A stretch of 64,000 nucleotides of DNA from an uncultured Methanosarcinales archaeon (GTDB taxonomy: Archaea > Nanobdellota > Nanobdellia > Woesearchaeales > CAYVYK01), in assembly GCA_964455675.1 (NCBI GenBank), contig CAYVYK010000001.1:140463-204462 (forward strand). The letters run 5' to 3'. A program made the position numbers and the translations under genes. The notes below the pieces were generated by a model. It searched no databases, had not been told where the DNA came from, and was given only the letters and a program-made list of their open reading frames with translations. Below are positions 1 to 9,247 of the stretch, piece by piece (the stretch's first letter is position 1; the number at the start of each line of letters is the position of its first letter).

Positions 1-382
1 TCTTGATGACCCATGCGTTCATGCCGCCGCTGGAGTCCTCAATAATGACTTCTTCGTAGAAGTTTTGGTTCGCAACATAGATGACCATGGTTTGGTGGTA
101 TGGTCCTTCGGATTTCTCAAATGTGCATTTTTGTGGTGTGAGGCTCATGATGACTTCGCTTGCGGTCTTTCTTCCGGTGGTGCTGGCGGAAGGCTGGTCA
201 TTCTCAGTATCCTGTGTATCTTGCAGGATGTTTGTCCCGCTTGGATCATCCTGCGGTTCTGGCGCAATTTCGTTGGAATTTCCACCTGCCTCGCGGACAG
301 CATTTCCCGTAACGCTTGGTTTTCCGCACGCCACAAGTCCTATGATGACAAAAAGCAGTGCAACGTAAAGGTATGGTTTCAT
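1..382 (-). CDS. Putative lipoprotein, runs off the left edge
   Basis: Not in the ORF track. Hand translation from ATG at 382 gives MKPYLYVALLFVIIGLVACGKPSVTGNAV..., open to base 1. Signal peptide with LVAC lipobox; G-rich RBS-like run upstream. Confidence 0.75.
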   Translation of the reverse strand, partial: MKPYLYVALLFVIIGLVACGKPSVTGNAVREAGGNSNEIAPEPQDDPSGTNILQDTQDTENDQPSASTTGRKTASEVIMSLTPQKCTFEKSEGPYHQTMVIYVANQNFYEEVIIEDSSGGMNAWVIK

Positions 383-466
383 GGTACACCCCCCTGTTGA
401 TGCGAGACTCGAGTTGTACAAAGTATTTAAACCTAATGATGACGGTAGAAGAAACAAAATTGTTGT

Positions 467-736
467 TTATTCTTCAGATTCAGGTGTGCTTGGTACTGCT
501 GCCTTGCTGATGACCATGACATCGCCGATGGCTTTCACAAGTTGATGGGGTACAATGACTCCTTTAGCAGTTCCGAGGATCTTGTTTAGGAATGAGTTTT
601 TTGTCGCCCGAACGCGCCACCCAAAGACTTTGGTTTGGCTCAGGATGACTTCTTCGACATCTCCAAAATATTCGCCGGTATCGGTAAAAACTTTCATATC
701 ATAGCATTCGGTTATTGCTTTCATTTTCAGCATCAT
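467..736 (-). CDS. PRC-barrel domain protein
   Basis: MKVFTDTGEYFGDVEEVIL...VIVPHQLVKAIGDVMVI is a typical archaeal single PRC barrel. Start could be 742, 736 or 733. Confidence 0.85.
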   Translation of the reverse strand: MMLKMKAITECYDMKVFTDTGEYFGDVEEVILSQTKVFGWRVRATKNSFLNKILGTAKGVIVPHQLVKAIGDVMVISKAAVPSTPESEE

Positions 737-856
737 GATCACCTACCAGGAATACCCTATGAGGGCAAAACGGCGTATTTAAACTTTTCGTCAGCCCTGC
801 TACGATATATATAAAAAGTGCCGCTCGTTAGTGACGAACTGGGGCCGGATACGATC

Positions 857-1579
857 ATGGTAACTTTTCACAATATCACAATTATTGGCAGTAGTCACAT
901 CGCTCGTGAATCCGTGGATGCTGTGGCAAAGGCTATTGAGGACAAGCGTCCTGATATTATCGCGCTTGAACTCGATCAGGATCGTGCCGTAAGCCTCATG
1001 CAGGGAAATGAGGAAACATTGAGCTATGCACAAGGTAGGTCCCTTGGCTGGAAGGGGTATCTATTTGCAAGGGTTGGACACTGGGCTGAGAAGAGCTTGG
1101 GAAGGATGGTTGGAGTAAAGCCTGGCTCCGAGATGAAAAAAGCCATTGTTTTGGCAAAGAAGCTTGACATTCCTGTGGTGTTTATTGACCAGCCGATCCA
1201 GATTACCCTACAGAGGTTCTCAAAGAAGTTGACTTGGCGTGAGAAGGGCAGATTCGTCTGGGACATTATTGAGGGATTTTTCCGTGCTCTGATACGTAGG
1301 CCCGAGATTGAGTTTGATTTGCGCAAAGTTCCAAGCAAGGAATTGATGCGTGTTCTCATGAGTAAGGTTAGGAAGCGATATCCGAGTATCTATGAGGTCC
1401 TCGTGACTGAGCGCAATGCGTACATGGCAAAGAAGTTGTTTGGTCTTTATGCGAAATATCCGGAAAAGCGGATTCTCGCAGTCATGGGCGCGGGCCATGA
1501 GGATGAGGTTCTGGAGCTGTTGCGCTACAAGGATCAGCATTCTGACGTGATCCATTACACATCTTCATTTGTTCTGTAG
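857..1579 (+). CDS. TraB/PrgY (pheromone shutdown-like) domain protein
   Basis: IIGSSHI, PDIIALELD, PGSEM, IDQPIQITLQR, LVTERNAYMA and AVMGAGH motifs. ATG at 857 preferred to GTG at 818. Confidence 0.9.
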   Translation: MVTFHNITIIGSSHIARESVDAVAKAIEDKRPDIIALELDQDRAVSLMQGNEETLSYAQGRSLGWKGYLFARVGHWAEKSLGRMVGVKPGSEMKKAIVLAKKLDIPVVFIDQPIQITLQRFSKKLTWREKGRFVWDIIEGFFRALIRRPEIEFDLRKVPSKELMRVLMSKVRKRYPSIYEVLVTERNAYMAKKLFGLYAKYPEKRILAVMGAGHEDEVLELLRYKDQHSDVIHYTSSFVL

Positions 1580-2323
1580 AAGGGATATATCACCGTCAGA
1601 AAGTTGTCGCGTTTCCCCCGCTCTGAGATTTCCAAGGAGTAGCCTTCCGATCGCAACGCGCCGCAGTTGTGTTATGGTATGCCCGACTGATCCAAACATG
1701 AGTCGTACTTGGCGTTTTTTTCCTTCCGTGACCGTGATTGCAATCTTGGTTGCTTGTGGATTCCTTGAGAGTATGCGGAGTATGCATGGCTTTGTTTTGT
1801 ATGTCGTGCGTTTCCCGTCCTCTTTGAGTATGATGGGAACTCCACGTTGCAGTGTTGCGATATCCTCATCGGAAACATACCCGAGGAGGAGTACTTCGTA
1901 TGTCTTCGGCACCTTTGATAGTGGTTGGAGGAGCGAGTTTGCGAGATCCCCATCCGTAGTGAGTATGAGCATGCCTTCAGTGTCGATGTCAAGGCGTCCG
2001 ACACTCACGAGGCTCCTGATAACTTGGGGAGCGATCTTGCCGTGCTGTTCAAGATACTGCCAAACGCTTGTTCTATCATTGTTTTTCTGGCAGAGCACAC
2101 CAATTGGCTTGTTGAAAAGAATCGTGTATTCTTTCCTCGCTTCAATCGTACGGCCGTCCACAGTGACGGTCTTCGTGCTTGGTCGGAACTCAAAGGACGG
2201 ACTGGTTACCGCTCGCCCCCCAACGGTTACTCTTCCTTCCGTAAGGAGGCGGTTCACTTCATGGGAATCCTGAAATTGCCCGCTGCGGAGGAGAAAGGGA
2301 AGTATGCGTACCTTCTTGCTCAT
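1565..2323 (-). CDS. RsuA/RluB/RluE-family rRNA pseudouridine synthase with S4-like N-terminus
   Basis: FNKPIG, VGRLDIDTEG (catalytic Asp), PKTYEV, EGKKRQVRLM, LRRVAIG. Start MSKKV at 2323 avoids overlap with the polymerase gene. Confidence 0.92.
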   Translation of the reverse strand: MSKKVRILPFLLRSGQFQDSHEVNRLLTEGRVTVGGRAVTSPSFEFRPSTKTVTVDGRTIEARKEYTILFNKPIGVLCQKNNDRTSVWQYLEQHGKIAPQVIRSLVSVGRLDIDTEGMLILTTDGDLANSLLQPLSKVPKTYEVLLLGYVSDEDIATLQRGVPIILKEDGKRTTYKTKPCILRILSRNPQATKIAITVTEGKKRQVRLMFGSVGHTITQLRRVAIGRLLLGNLRAGETRQLSDGDISLLQNK

Positions 2324-2377
2324 GAAGCGGATGGTAAGTGGCAAGATATTAAAACTTGCGAAATCCTCAAGGGGTGT

Positions 2378-4711
2378 ATGGGTGAAAAAAAGGGTTTTAT
2401 CGTCCACGCGACGTATCGTGTTGAAGATTCTAAGGCAAAGGTATACCTTTTCGGGCGCTTGGATTGTGGTGAGAGCTTTTGCGTGATTAATGATTACCGC
2501 CCATACTTCTACATCCGGGAGTCAGATGAGGCGAAAGCGAAGAAGTTGTTGAAGGTCGAGTTTGTGAAGACAAAGCGCAAGAATTTTGATCGCGAACCTG
2601 TCGTCATGCTCACGTTTGACAATCCCAAGGATACACCGCAGATGCGCCGGCTCTTGCAGGAAAATGGAATCTCGTGTTATGAGGCCGATATCAGGTTTGC
2701 CTATCGTTACATGATCGATCATGATATCAAGAGTGTGGTTGCTATCAGTGGTGAAGCAGAAAAGCCTCCGGCAGGATTATTTGTCGATAGGGTATTCAGG
2801 AATGCGAAGGTTAGGCCTTCATCTTTTGATCAGGAGTTGAAGATTCTCTCGATTGATATTGAGACAGCGGGGGATGCGAGTCAAGTCTACTCGATTGCCC
2901 TCGTGATGGGCGAGAAAAAGGAAGTGCTGATTACGAAGAATGTCAAGCAAAAGCACGCGGTCCCTTGCGCATCCGAGGAGGAATTGCTCACGAGGTTGCT
3001 TGATAATATCCGTGCGTGGGATCCTGACATCATCTTGGGTTGGAATGTGATTGATTTTGATCTCAAGGTCTTAAGGGAGCGATTGAAAAAGTATGGAAAA
3101 GAACTTACGATCTGTCGTGACGATACTCCGTGTGCGCTTTCTCTTTCGACATCGTATTTCATGGATTCGACGGCGAAGTGCCCGGGCCGTATGGTGCTTG
3201 ATGGTATCAGCCTTCTGAAGGCATCATTCATTCGTCTTGATGATTATAAGTTGAATACCGCCGCAAAGGAATTTCTAGGCGAGGAGAAAGAGATCACGTC
3301 CAATGACCGCAGGGCAGAGATTGAACGATTGTTTCGCGCAGACCCCGGATCGCTTGTGTCGTATAACTTGAAGGACGCGGAGCTTGCGCTTGGCGTCGTG
3401 CAGAAGTCGCGCGCACTGGAGCTTGCACAGAAGCGTTCAGTAATAACGGGGATGGAGCTTGATCGAGTCAAGGCATCTATCGCATCGCTCGACTCATTGT
3501 ATCTTAGAGAGCTAAAGGAGAAAGGATTTGTAGCCCCTTCTGGTGAGCACCTTGATCGCGAGGAGCGTATCCGCGGGGGGTTCGTGCGTGACTCGGTTCC
3601 TGGGGTGTATGATAATATTATCGTCTGTGATTTCAAGAGTCTGTATCCAAGCTTGATGCGTACGTTCAATATTGATCCGTGGAGTTTTGTGCCAAAGAAG
3701 CATCTCAAGGAGTACAAGAAGAAAGAATTGATTGAAGCTCCTAACGGCGCGCATTTCCTGAATGCAGACGGGATCATGCCTATGATTTTGGAGTCGCTCT
3801 TCAGGCAGCGTGAGCTCGCGAAGAAGAATAAGGATGATCTTGCATCCTACGCGCTGAAGATTACGATGAATTCATTCTTTGGAGTGCTGGCGAGTCCTCA
3901 GTGCAGGTTTTACAGTCTCGAGATGGCGAATGCAATCACCCACTTTGGTCAGTTCTTCATCAAGCTGAGCGCTGAGAGGATTGAGGAAAAGGGTTTCAAG
4001 GTTATTTATGGCGACACGGACTCGCTCTTCATCAGCACAAATGATGGCGACTATGAGAAAACTCTTGTTCTTGGGAAAAAGATCGCAAAGGAGATGAACG
4101 AGTTTTTCAGGGAGTACATCAAGGAGAAGTACGGTCGTGAGAGCGTTCTTGAACTTGAATTTGAGAAGGTGTACAAGAAGTTCCTCATGCCAAGGATTCG
4201 CGGGAGTGAGAAAGGGGCAAAGAAGCGCTACGCGGGAATTATTGTCAAGGATGGCAAAGAGGTGATGGACTTTGTGGGCCTTGAGTTCGTGCGCTCTGAT
4301 TGGACTGAGCTCGCGAAGAGGTTTCAGCTCGAGCTCCTCGAGTCAGTGTTTCGAGGGCAGGACCCTATTCCCTGGGTCCGAAAGTTCATCATGGACTTGC
4401 GGATTGGCAAGTTCGACGACCTGCTTGTGTATAAGAAAGCGATTCGCAAAGGCGTTGAAAAGTATACCAAGACTACACCTCCGCATATCAAGGCGGCAAG
4501 AAAGATTGGAAGGAGTGATATGGGAATAATTAGTTATGTGATGACATCAGATGGCCCAGAGCCTGTTGAGGCAGTAAAGCACCCGCTTGATTATGAGCAT
4601 TATATTGAGAAGCAGCTGCGCCCTGTAGCAGAGGCTATTCTTCAGTTTTCCAGTGTGCGGTTTGACGACGCATTGACGGCACAAAAACAGAGCAAATTAT
4701 CGGGGTTTTAA
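2378..4711 (+). CDS. pol: Family B DNA polymerase with proofreading exonuclease
   Basis: Exo motifs DIET, GWNVIDFD, YNLKDA; polymerase motifs DFKSLYPS, KITMNSFFG, YGDTDS, KKRYAG; C-terminal PIP-like QSKLSGF. Likely start MGEKKG at 2378. Confidence 0.95.
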   Translation: MGEKKGFIVHATYRVEDSKAKVYLFGRLDCGESFCVINDYRPYFYIRESDEAKAKKLLKVEFVKTKRKNFDREPVVMLTFDNPKDTPQMRRLLQENGISCYEADIRFAYRYMIDHDIKSVVAISGEAEKPPAGLFVDRVFRNAKVRPSSFDQELKILSIDIETAGDASQVYSIALVMGEKKEVLITKNVKQKHAVPCASEEELLTRLLDNIRAWDPDIILGWNVIDFDLKVLRERLKKYGKELTICRDDTPCALSLSTSYFMDSTAKCPGRMVLDGISLLKASFIRLDDYKLNTAAKEFLGEEKEITSNDRRAEIERLFRADPGSLVSYNLKDAELALGVVQKSRALELAQKRSVITGMELDRVKASIASLDSLYLRELKEKGFVAPSGEHLDREERIRGGFVRDSVPGVYDNIIVCDFKSLYPSLMRTFNIDPWSFVPKKHLKEYKKKELIEAPNGAHFLNADGIMPMILESLFRQRELAKKNKDDLASYALKITMNSFFGVLASPQCRFYSLEMANAITHFGQFFIKLSAERIEEKGFKVIYGDTDSLFISTNDGDYEKTLVLGKKIAKEMNEFFREYIKEKYGRESVLELEFEKVYKKFLMPRIRGSEKGAKKRYAGIIVKDGKEVMDFVGLEFVRSDWTELAKRFQLELLESVFRGQDPIPWVRKFIMDLRIGKFDDLLVYKKAIRKGVEKYTKTTPPHIKAARKIGRSDMGIISYVMTSDGPEPVEAVKHPLDYEHYIEKQLRPVAEAILQFSSVRFDDALTAQKQSKLSGF

Positions 4712-4748
4712 CCTAAAATATTTAAACAACCAGCGGTGGCCTAGGTCC

Positions 4749-5204
4749 ATGGGCAGTGTTGAAGCATTCCTTCGTGAATGGTTTGTAGAGTACGTGAAGC
4801 ACCGTGACATCATGACAAGGAGTATCAAGGAGATCAAGGACGATGCTGCTGGGGAATTCACCGTGACGTACACGAATAAGGTTCTGAAGGCTTTCATGAT
4901 TCCTGATCTTCATGGCCTTGAGGTGATACTGCCGCGTATCAAGGATGACTGCAATACGAGTATTGTCACATTGAGTAATCCCGAGAATATTGATGCCTTG
5001 TTCCACGCCTGGAAAAAGGTTGTCCCACACTCAAAGCTCAATTTCTTTTTCGTCAATCCCTTCTCTTCCATGGAGAAACGCTGGATTATTTTCCCCTCGA
5101 CGCATGACAGCATCTGCGATTCTTCTTCATTAAAGACTGGGATAATTGCAATGGCCGAACTCGTCGAACCGATTTCTCTCGAAGAAGCAAAGCGCAGGAT
5201 GTAA
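4749..5204 (+). CDS. Hypothetical protein
   Basis: 151-aa globular-looking ORF with a TATA-like TTTAAACA about 20 nt upstream. Confidence 0.75.
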   Translation: MGSVEAFLREWFVEYVKHRDIMTRSIKEIKDDAAGEFTVTYTNKVLKAFMIPDLHGLEVILPRIKDDCNTSIVTLSNPENIDALFHAWKKVVPHSKLNFFFVNPFSSMEKRWIIFPSTHDSICDSSSLKTGIIAMAELVEPISLEEAKRRM

Positions 5205-5350
5205 AACGTAACGCCCTTTGATGCCAAGTTTTCATCATGGTCGTGTCAAGATTAAGGTATTGAGAAGGTGTTACACAAGGATCGAGAACTGTGTTTTACT
5301 AGTCACCAAACATATAAATACTTATGAAAAGGAGGGGGACCTGAACACTA

Positions 5351-5785
5351 GTGGTTATCTCGCCAACTCCGGTAGCTGTAGTAAACAAAGGGTTTAATTT
5401 TATTTGGATAAAAATACTTGCGCTAGTTGGATTGCCGATAATTATCTTTATTGGTGCTGCCTACCTCATGCGTAACACATGGAAGGAAAGATTATGGTTG
5501 AAGTGGGGTATGCTGTTTGAGATGCTCCTGGTAGCACAAGGTCTCTCTTTTTTAGTCTGTTTTCTAACGAAATCATGCAAAGGAGAATGGTGTGGTATTG
5601 AGTGTCTTCTCCCGGTATTACCCATAATTTTTTTAGGAAGTGTCTTGAAGCAGATCATTCCCCGAAGCTTCCCACTTCCGATCGCAGTTGGTATTGTCCT
5701 TATTCTGGGATATTTTATTCTTGGGATGATAGTCGGGTATGTTATCCAAAAAATTGGGTCCAGAAAGCATCCAAAAGTCGTTTGA
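5351..5785 (+). CDS. Hypothetical membrane protein (about 4 TM)
   Basis: Hydrophobic segments; GGAGGGGG RBS-like sequence upstream of the GTG; visibly AT-rich. Confidence 0.65.
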   Translation: MVISPTPVAVVNKGFNFIWIKILALVGLPIIIFIGAAYLMRNTWKERLWLKWGMLFEMLLVAQGLSFLVCFLTKSCKGEWCGIECLLPVLPIIFLGSVLKQIIPRSFPLPIAVGIVLILGYFILGMIVGYVIQKIGSRKHPKVV

Positions 5786-5854
5786 GCTAGATCACAAATA
5801 GTATGTATTACGAGCACCGGTCTAAGAGAAATCAATTCCAAAAGTCTTTTAAAC

Positions 5855-5970
5855 ACCCCTCGGATTAGCGGCCTCGGAGGCTGGATTCGTGGTTCATAGG
5901 GGGACCTACTACTCACCAAGGGCTATGCCCAAATGATGTTCAGTCCCAGCTTAACCCGCCCAGCCTCCGC
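5855..5970 (-). ncRNA. Candidate structured ncRNA (possibly HgcC-like)
   Basis: GC-rich intergenic island. Perfect 10-bp inverted repeat 5875-5884/5960-5969 encloses GGGAC/GTCCC and GGGC/GCCC pairings. Family resemblance is from memory only; strand is inferred. Confidence 0.55.
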
Positions 5971-6060
5971 TTTTCTGATGATCTTTTCTTGTGATGTATC
6001 ACAGGCCACTGGCCATGTGCGACTAAACCTTTTAAAAACAGAACTCCTTACTTCTCCGGA

Positions 6061-8310
6061 ATGATCAAGGGTTTCACGCCAAGGCTCTACCAGCAGACAA
6101 TTTTTCATAGTTGTATGGAGGCAAACACGTTGGTTGTTCTCCCGACAGGTCTTGGAAAAACCAATGTGTTTCTCATGGTCGCGGCTGCGAGGCTAAAGCA
6201 GTACCCAACATCAAAGGTTCTCCTGGTCGGGCCCACAAGGCCATTGATCGATCAGTACTTTAAGGCGTTTGAGAAGCATTTTGAGATTCCTGTTGATCAG
6301 ATGGCGATCTTCACAGGAAAAGTGCCTCCAGCAAAGCGTGAGGAACTGTGGAAGTCATCAAGGATCATTTTCTCAACGCCGCAAGGCCTTGAGAACGACA
6401 TTGTGAGTAATCGAATAAATCTCGAGCAGGTTTCTCTTCTAGGTCTTGATGAGAGTCATCGCGCTGTTGGCAGCTATAGTTATGTTTGGGTTGCCGCTCA
6501 GTACTTGAAGCGAGCCCCCTACCCGAGGATTGTTGGTATGACTGCTTCCCCAGGTAGTGACCTTGAAAAGATCACAGAAGTATGCAAGAATCTCGGTATC
6601 GAGAACGTGGAAGTGCGTACGAGCGAAGACCCTGACGTGAAACCTTATATTTTCGAGACGAAAATGGAATGGATCAAGCTCGACCTTCCCGAACTGTTAC
6701 AGCGTATCAGGGGAGAACTCGTGCTCTGTTATAAGAAGAAGCTGTTATTGATTCGCCAGCATGGGTATCTCTCGACATCTCAGCTTGATATGTTTTCAAA
6801 GAAGGACCTGCTCATGATGCAGCGTGCCCTGCAAGCTGAAGTCGTCAAGGGGAATCGTGATGGTGATTCGCTAAAGGCGCTCTCGCTGCTTGCCGAGGCG
6901 ATTAAGGTCCAGCATGCGCTTGAGCTTGTTGAGACCCAGACAGTTTCAGCGCTTGGTAGCTACATGGATCGCCTTCAGGTGGATGCTGTCTCAACAAAGG
7001 TTCGTGCGGTAAAGAACCTGGTGCAGGATCCGAATTTCAAGAGTGCATTTCTGCTCAAGGAGCGTGCGATCGAGGAAAAGATTGAGCACCCAAAACTGGC
7101 AAAGGTACGCGAGATTGTCGAGCAGGAATTCAGCTCAGGTGAGAAGAAGATCATTGTGTTCAATCAGTATCGCGAGACTGCCGCGACGATTGTGGCCTTG
7201 CTGGAAAACATTCCAGGTGTTCGAGCGAGCATTTTCGTCGGTCAAGCTCGCAAGAACGGTACGCAGGTGACGCAGAAGCAGCAGATTGAGATCCTTGACA
7301 AGTTTCGTGCTGGGGTACTGAATGTGCTTGTCATGACAAGCGTTGGTGAGGAGGGTCTTGACATCCCTAGCGTTGACGAAGTGATTTTTTATGAACCCAT
7401 TCCAAGCGCGATTCGGACAATCCAGCGTCGTGGTAGGACCGGTCGTCATGATGAGGGTCGCGTAAGGATTCTCGTTGCGAAAAATACTCGTGATGAAGCT
7501 TTCGTCTGGGCAGCGAGGAACAAGGAGAAGCGGATGTATCGTATTCTTGAGGGTTTGAAGAAGAATCTTAAGTTCAGAAGTAGCAAAGAGCCTGTTGAGC
7601 AGAAGCTCTCGTCTTTTTCTGAGGACAAGACGGACACAGATACGGTAAGGGTTATTGTTGATTATCGTGAACGAGCCTCCCAAGTGATCAAGGAGCTTGT
7701 TGAAAAGCAGGTGACGATTGAGCTCACGAACTTGCAGGTTGGTGATTATCTCGTGTCGAACCGGTGCGTGATCGAGTATAAGACAAGGCTTGACTTTGTG
7801 AACTCCCTCGTGGACGGAAGGCTGCTGGATCAGTTGCGGGAATTGAAGAGGTATTACGGAAGGCCTCTTGTGATTCTGGAGGGCGATACAGATCTGTATT
7901 CAATCCGCCAGGTTCATCCGAATGCAATTTTGGGACTTCTGGCGACCATCTCCGTGAGTTATGGTATTCCGATTCTATACACGAAGAATGCCCGCGAGTC
8001 TGCCGCTATGATTCACATGATCGCGAGGCGTGAACAGCTTGAGCTTGGAAAAGAGTTCTCTCCGCATACGAGTAAGAAACCCATGAGCCTCAAGGAGTCT
8101 CAGGAGTATGTTGTTGGTGCTCTCCCAAGTGTAGGTCCAAGCATTGCGCGCCAGCTTCTTGAGCATTTCAAGAGTGTAAAAGGTGTGATGAATGCTTCAG
8201 AGTATGAATTGCAGGATATTGCGAATATCGGTGAAAAAAAGGCAAAAATAATAAAAGAGATCGTGGAAAGTACGTACGAGACAGAAAAAACTGAGAAGCA
8301 TGTCAGCTAA
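6061..8310 (+). CDS. hef: Hef: SF2 helicase fused to ERCC4/XPF nuclease and HhH domain
   Basis: PRLYQ, LPTGLGKT, DESH, TASPG, EEGLDIP, QRRGRTGR; VDYRE, GDY...EYKT nuclease core; LPSVGP and IANIGEKKA HhH motifs. Confidence 0.95.
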   Translation: MIKGFTPRLYQQTIFHSCMEANTLVVLPTGLGKTNVFLMVAAARLKQYPTSKVLLVGPTRPLIDQYFKAFEKHFEIPVDQMAIFTGKVPPAKREELWKSSRIIFSTPQGLENDIVSNRINLEQVSLLGLDESHRAVGSYSYVWVAAQYLKRAPYPRIVGMTASPGSDLEKITEVCKNLGIENVEVRTSEDPDVKPYIFETKMEWIKLDLPELLQRIRGELVLCYKKKLLLIRQHGYLSTSQLDMFSKKDLLMMQRALQAEVVKGNRDGDSLKALSLLAEAIKVQHALELVETQTVSALGSYMDRLQVDAVSTKVRAVKNLVQDPNFKSAFLLKERAIEEKIEHPKLAKVREIVEQEFSSGEKKIIVFNQYRETAATIVALLENIPGVRASIFVGQARKNGTQVTQKQQIEILDKFRAGVLNVLVMTSVGEEGLDIPSVDEVIFYEPIPSAIRTIQRRGRTGRHDEGRVRILVAKNTRDEAFVWAARNKEKRMYRILEGLKKNLKFRSSKEPVEQKLSSFSEDKTDTDTVRVIVDYRERASQVIKELVEKQVTIELTNLQVGDYLVSNRCVIEYKTRLDFVNSLVDGRLLDQLRELKRYYGRPLVILEGDTDLYSIRQVHPNAILGLLATISVSYGIPILYTKNARESAAMIHMIARREQLELGKEFSPHTSKKPMSLKESQEYVVGALPSVGPSIARQLLEHFKSVKGVMNASEYELQDIANIGEKKAKIIKEIVESTYETEKTEKHVS

Positions 8311-9247
8311 GAAATTATTTGTAGGGTTCCTTTCCGCGATTATTGTATTCATTGCTTTCATGATCATTCTTGATTCTACGAGTGGTAAGGACACTAATGA
8401 CCTTCTAAAAGGAACGCTTGAGGATGTGTTCACTCATGCCCACCCTTCAGCTCAGGATAATGTCTACGAGCGTCTTGTGACTGCTTGTGCAGGTTTTGGG
8501 AGTTATGAGGAAGCAGTTGATTCTGGCAATGATATGTGCGATCCTGAAAAACAAGAGGAACTTCGGGGAATGTGCCGTCAGATCTCTGCTTTGACGCCGG
8601 AACAAATCGCGTTTATGGGTGAAGAAAAATATGATGAGGCAAAGACTGCCTGTGATATGTACACTCCTGAGAAGGTTCGCGAACTGTGCAGTCTAAATAC
8701 AGAGGAGATGTATAGCACATTCGACGGGTATTGTTCTGATTTTGATACCAAAGGGTGGACGAAGAGAGAAGCGTTCTCAAGTTTTGTCATGTATTCGATG
8801 CAGGGTAGCATGGGTGATAATGAGAGGATTGCGTCATTGCAAAAACTGGCGGCAATGACTGACTTGACGCCAATGATGAAATGGATTGGTGGTGGAATAA
8901 TTGTTCTGCTTACCGCGTTGATTGTTGTTCTGCTGTGGAAGGAGCCTTCAGAAATATTCAGGCGGCTCGGACGCATTCTCATTGAACTGGGTTTATTGCT
9001 GATTATCCCGTTGCTTCTCGTGTATTTGTATACTGCAATGGTTGGTGTTGATACCACCGCAATTCTTGATACGGTTAATTCTGGGCAAGCTCCTGGTGAT
9101 ATGGGCATGATGCTAAAGAGCATTGTTCCGCTTCTCATGAAAAGGATGTATCCGCTCGCAGCAGGTGTTATCGGGATGATATCGCTTGTGGTAGGAATTG
9201 TTGGATGGTCTATCAGTAGAGCGATGAGCGACTCACAGGAGTCCTAG
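8300..9247 (+). CDS. Hypothetical membrane protein with Cys-containing extracellular domain
   Basis: N-terminal TM, a polar region of about 160 aa with 6 Cys, then 3 TM segments. Overlaps the hef stop. Confidence 0.8.
   Translation: MSAKKLFVGFLSAIIVFIAFMIILDSTSGKDTNDLLKGTLEDVFTHAHPSAQDNVYERLVTACAGFGSYEEAVDSGNDMCDPEKQEELRGMCRQISALTPEQIAFMGEEKYDEAKTACDMYTPEKVRELCSLNTEEMYSTFDGYCSDFDTKGWTKREAFSSFVMYSMQGSMGDNERIASLQKLAAMTDLTPMMKWIGGGIIVLLTALIVVLLWKEPSEIFRRLGRILIELGLLLIIPLLLVYLYTAMVGVDTTAILDTVNSGQAPGDMGMMLKSIVPLLMKRMYPLAAGVIGMISLVVGIVGWSISRAMSDSQES

Noticed and set aside
1925..2377. N-terminal 151-aa extension of PolB in the ORF track
   Set aside because: It is antisense to the pseudouridine synthase; TATA spacing and polymerase-like sequence both start at 2378.
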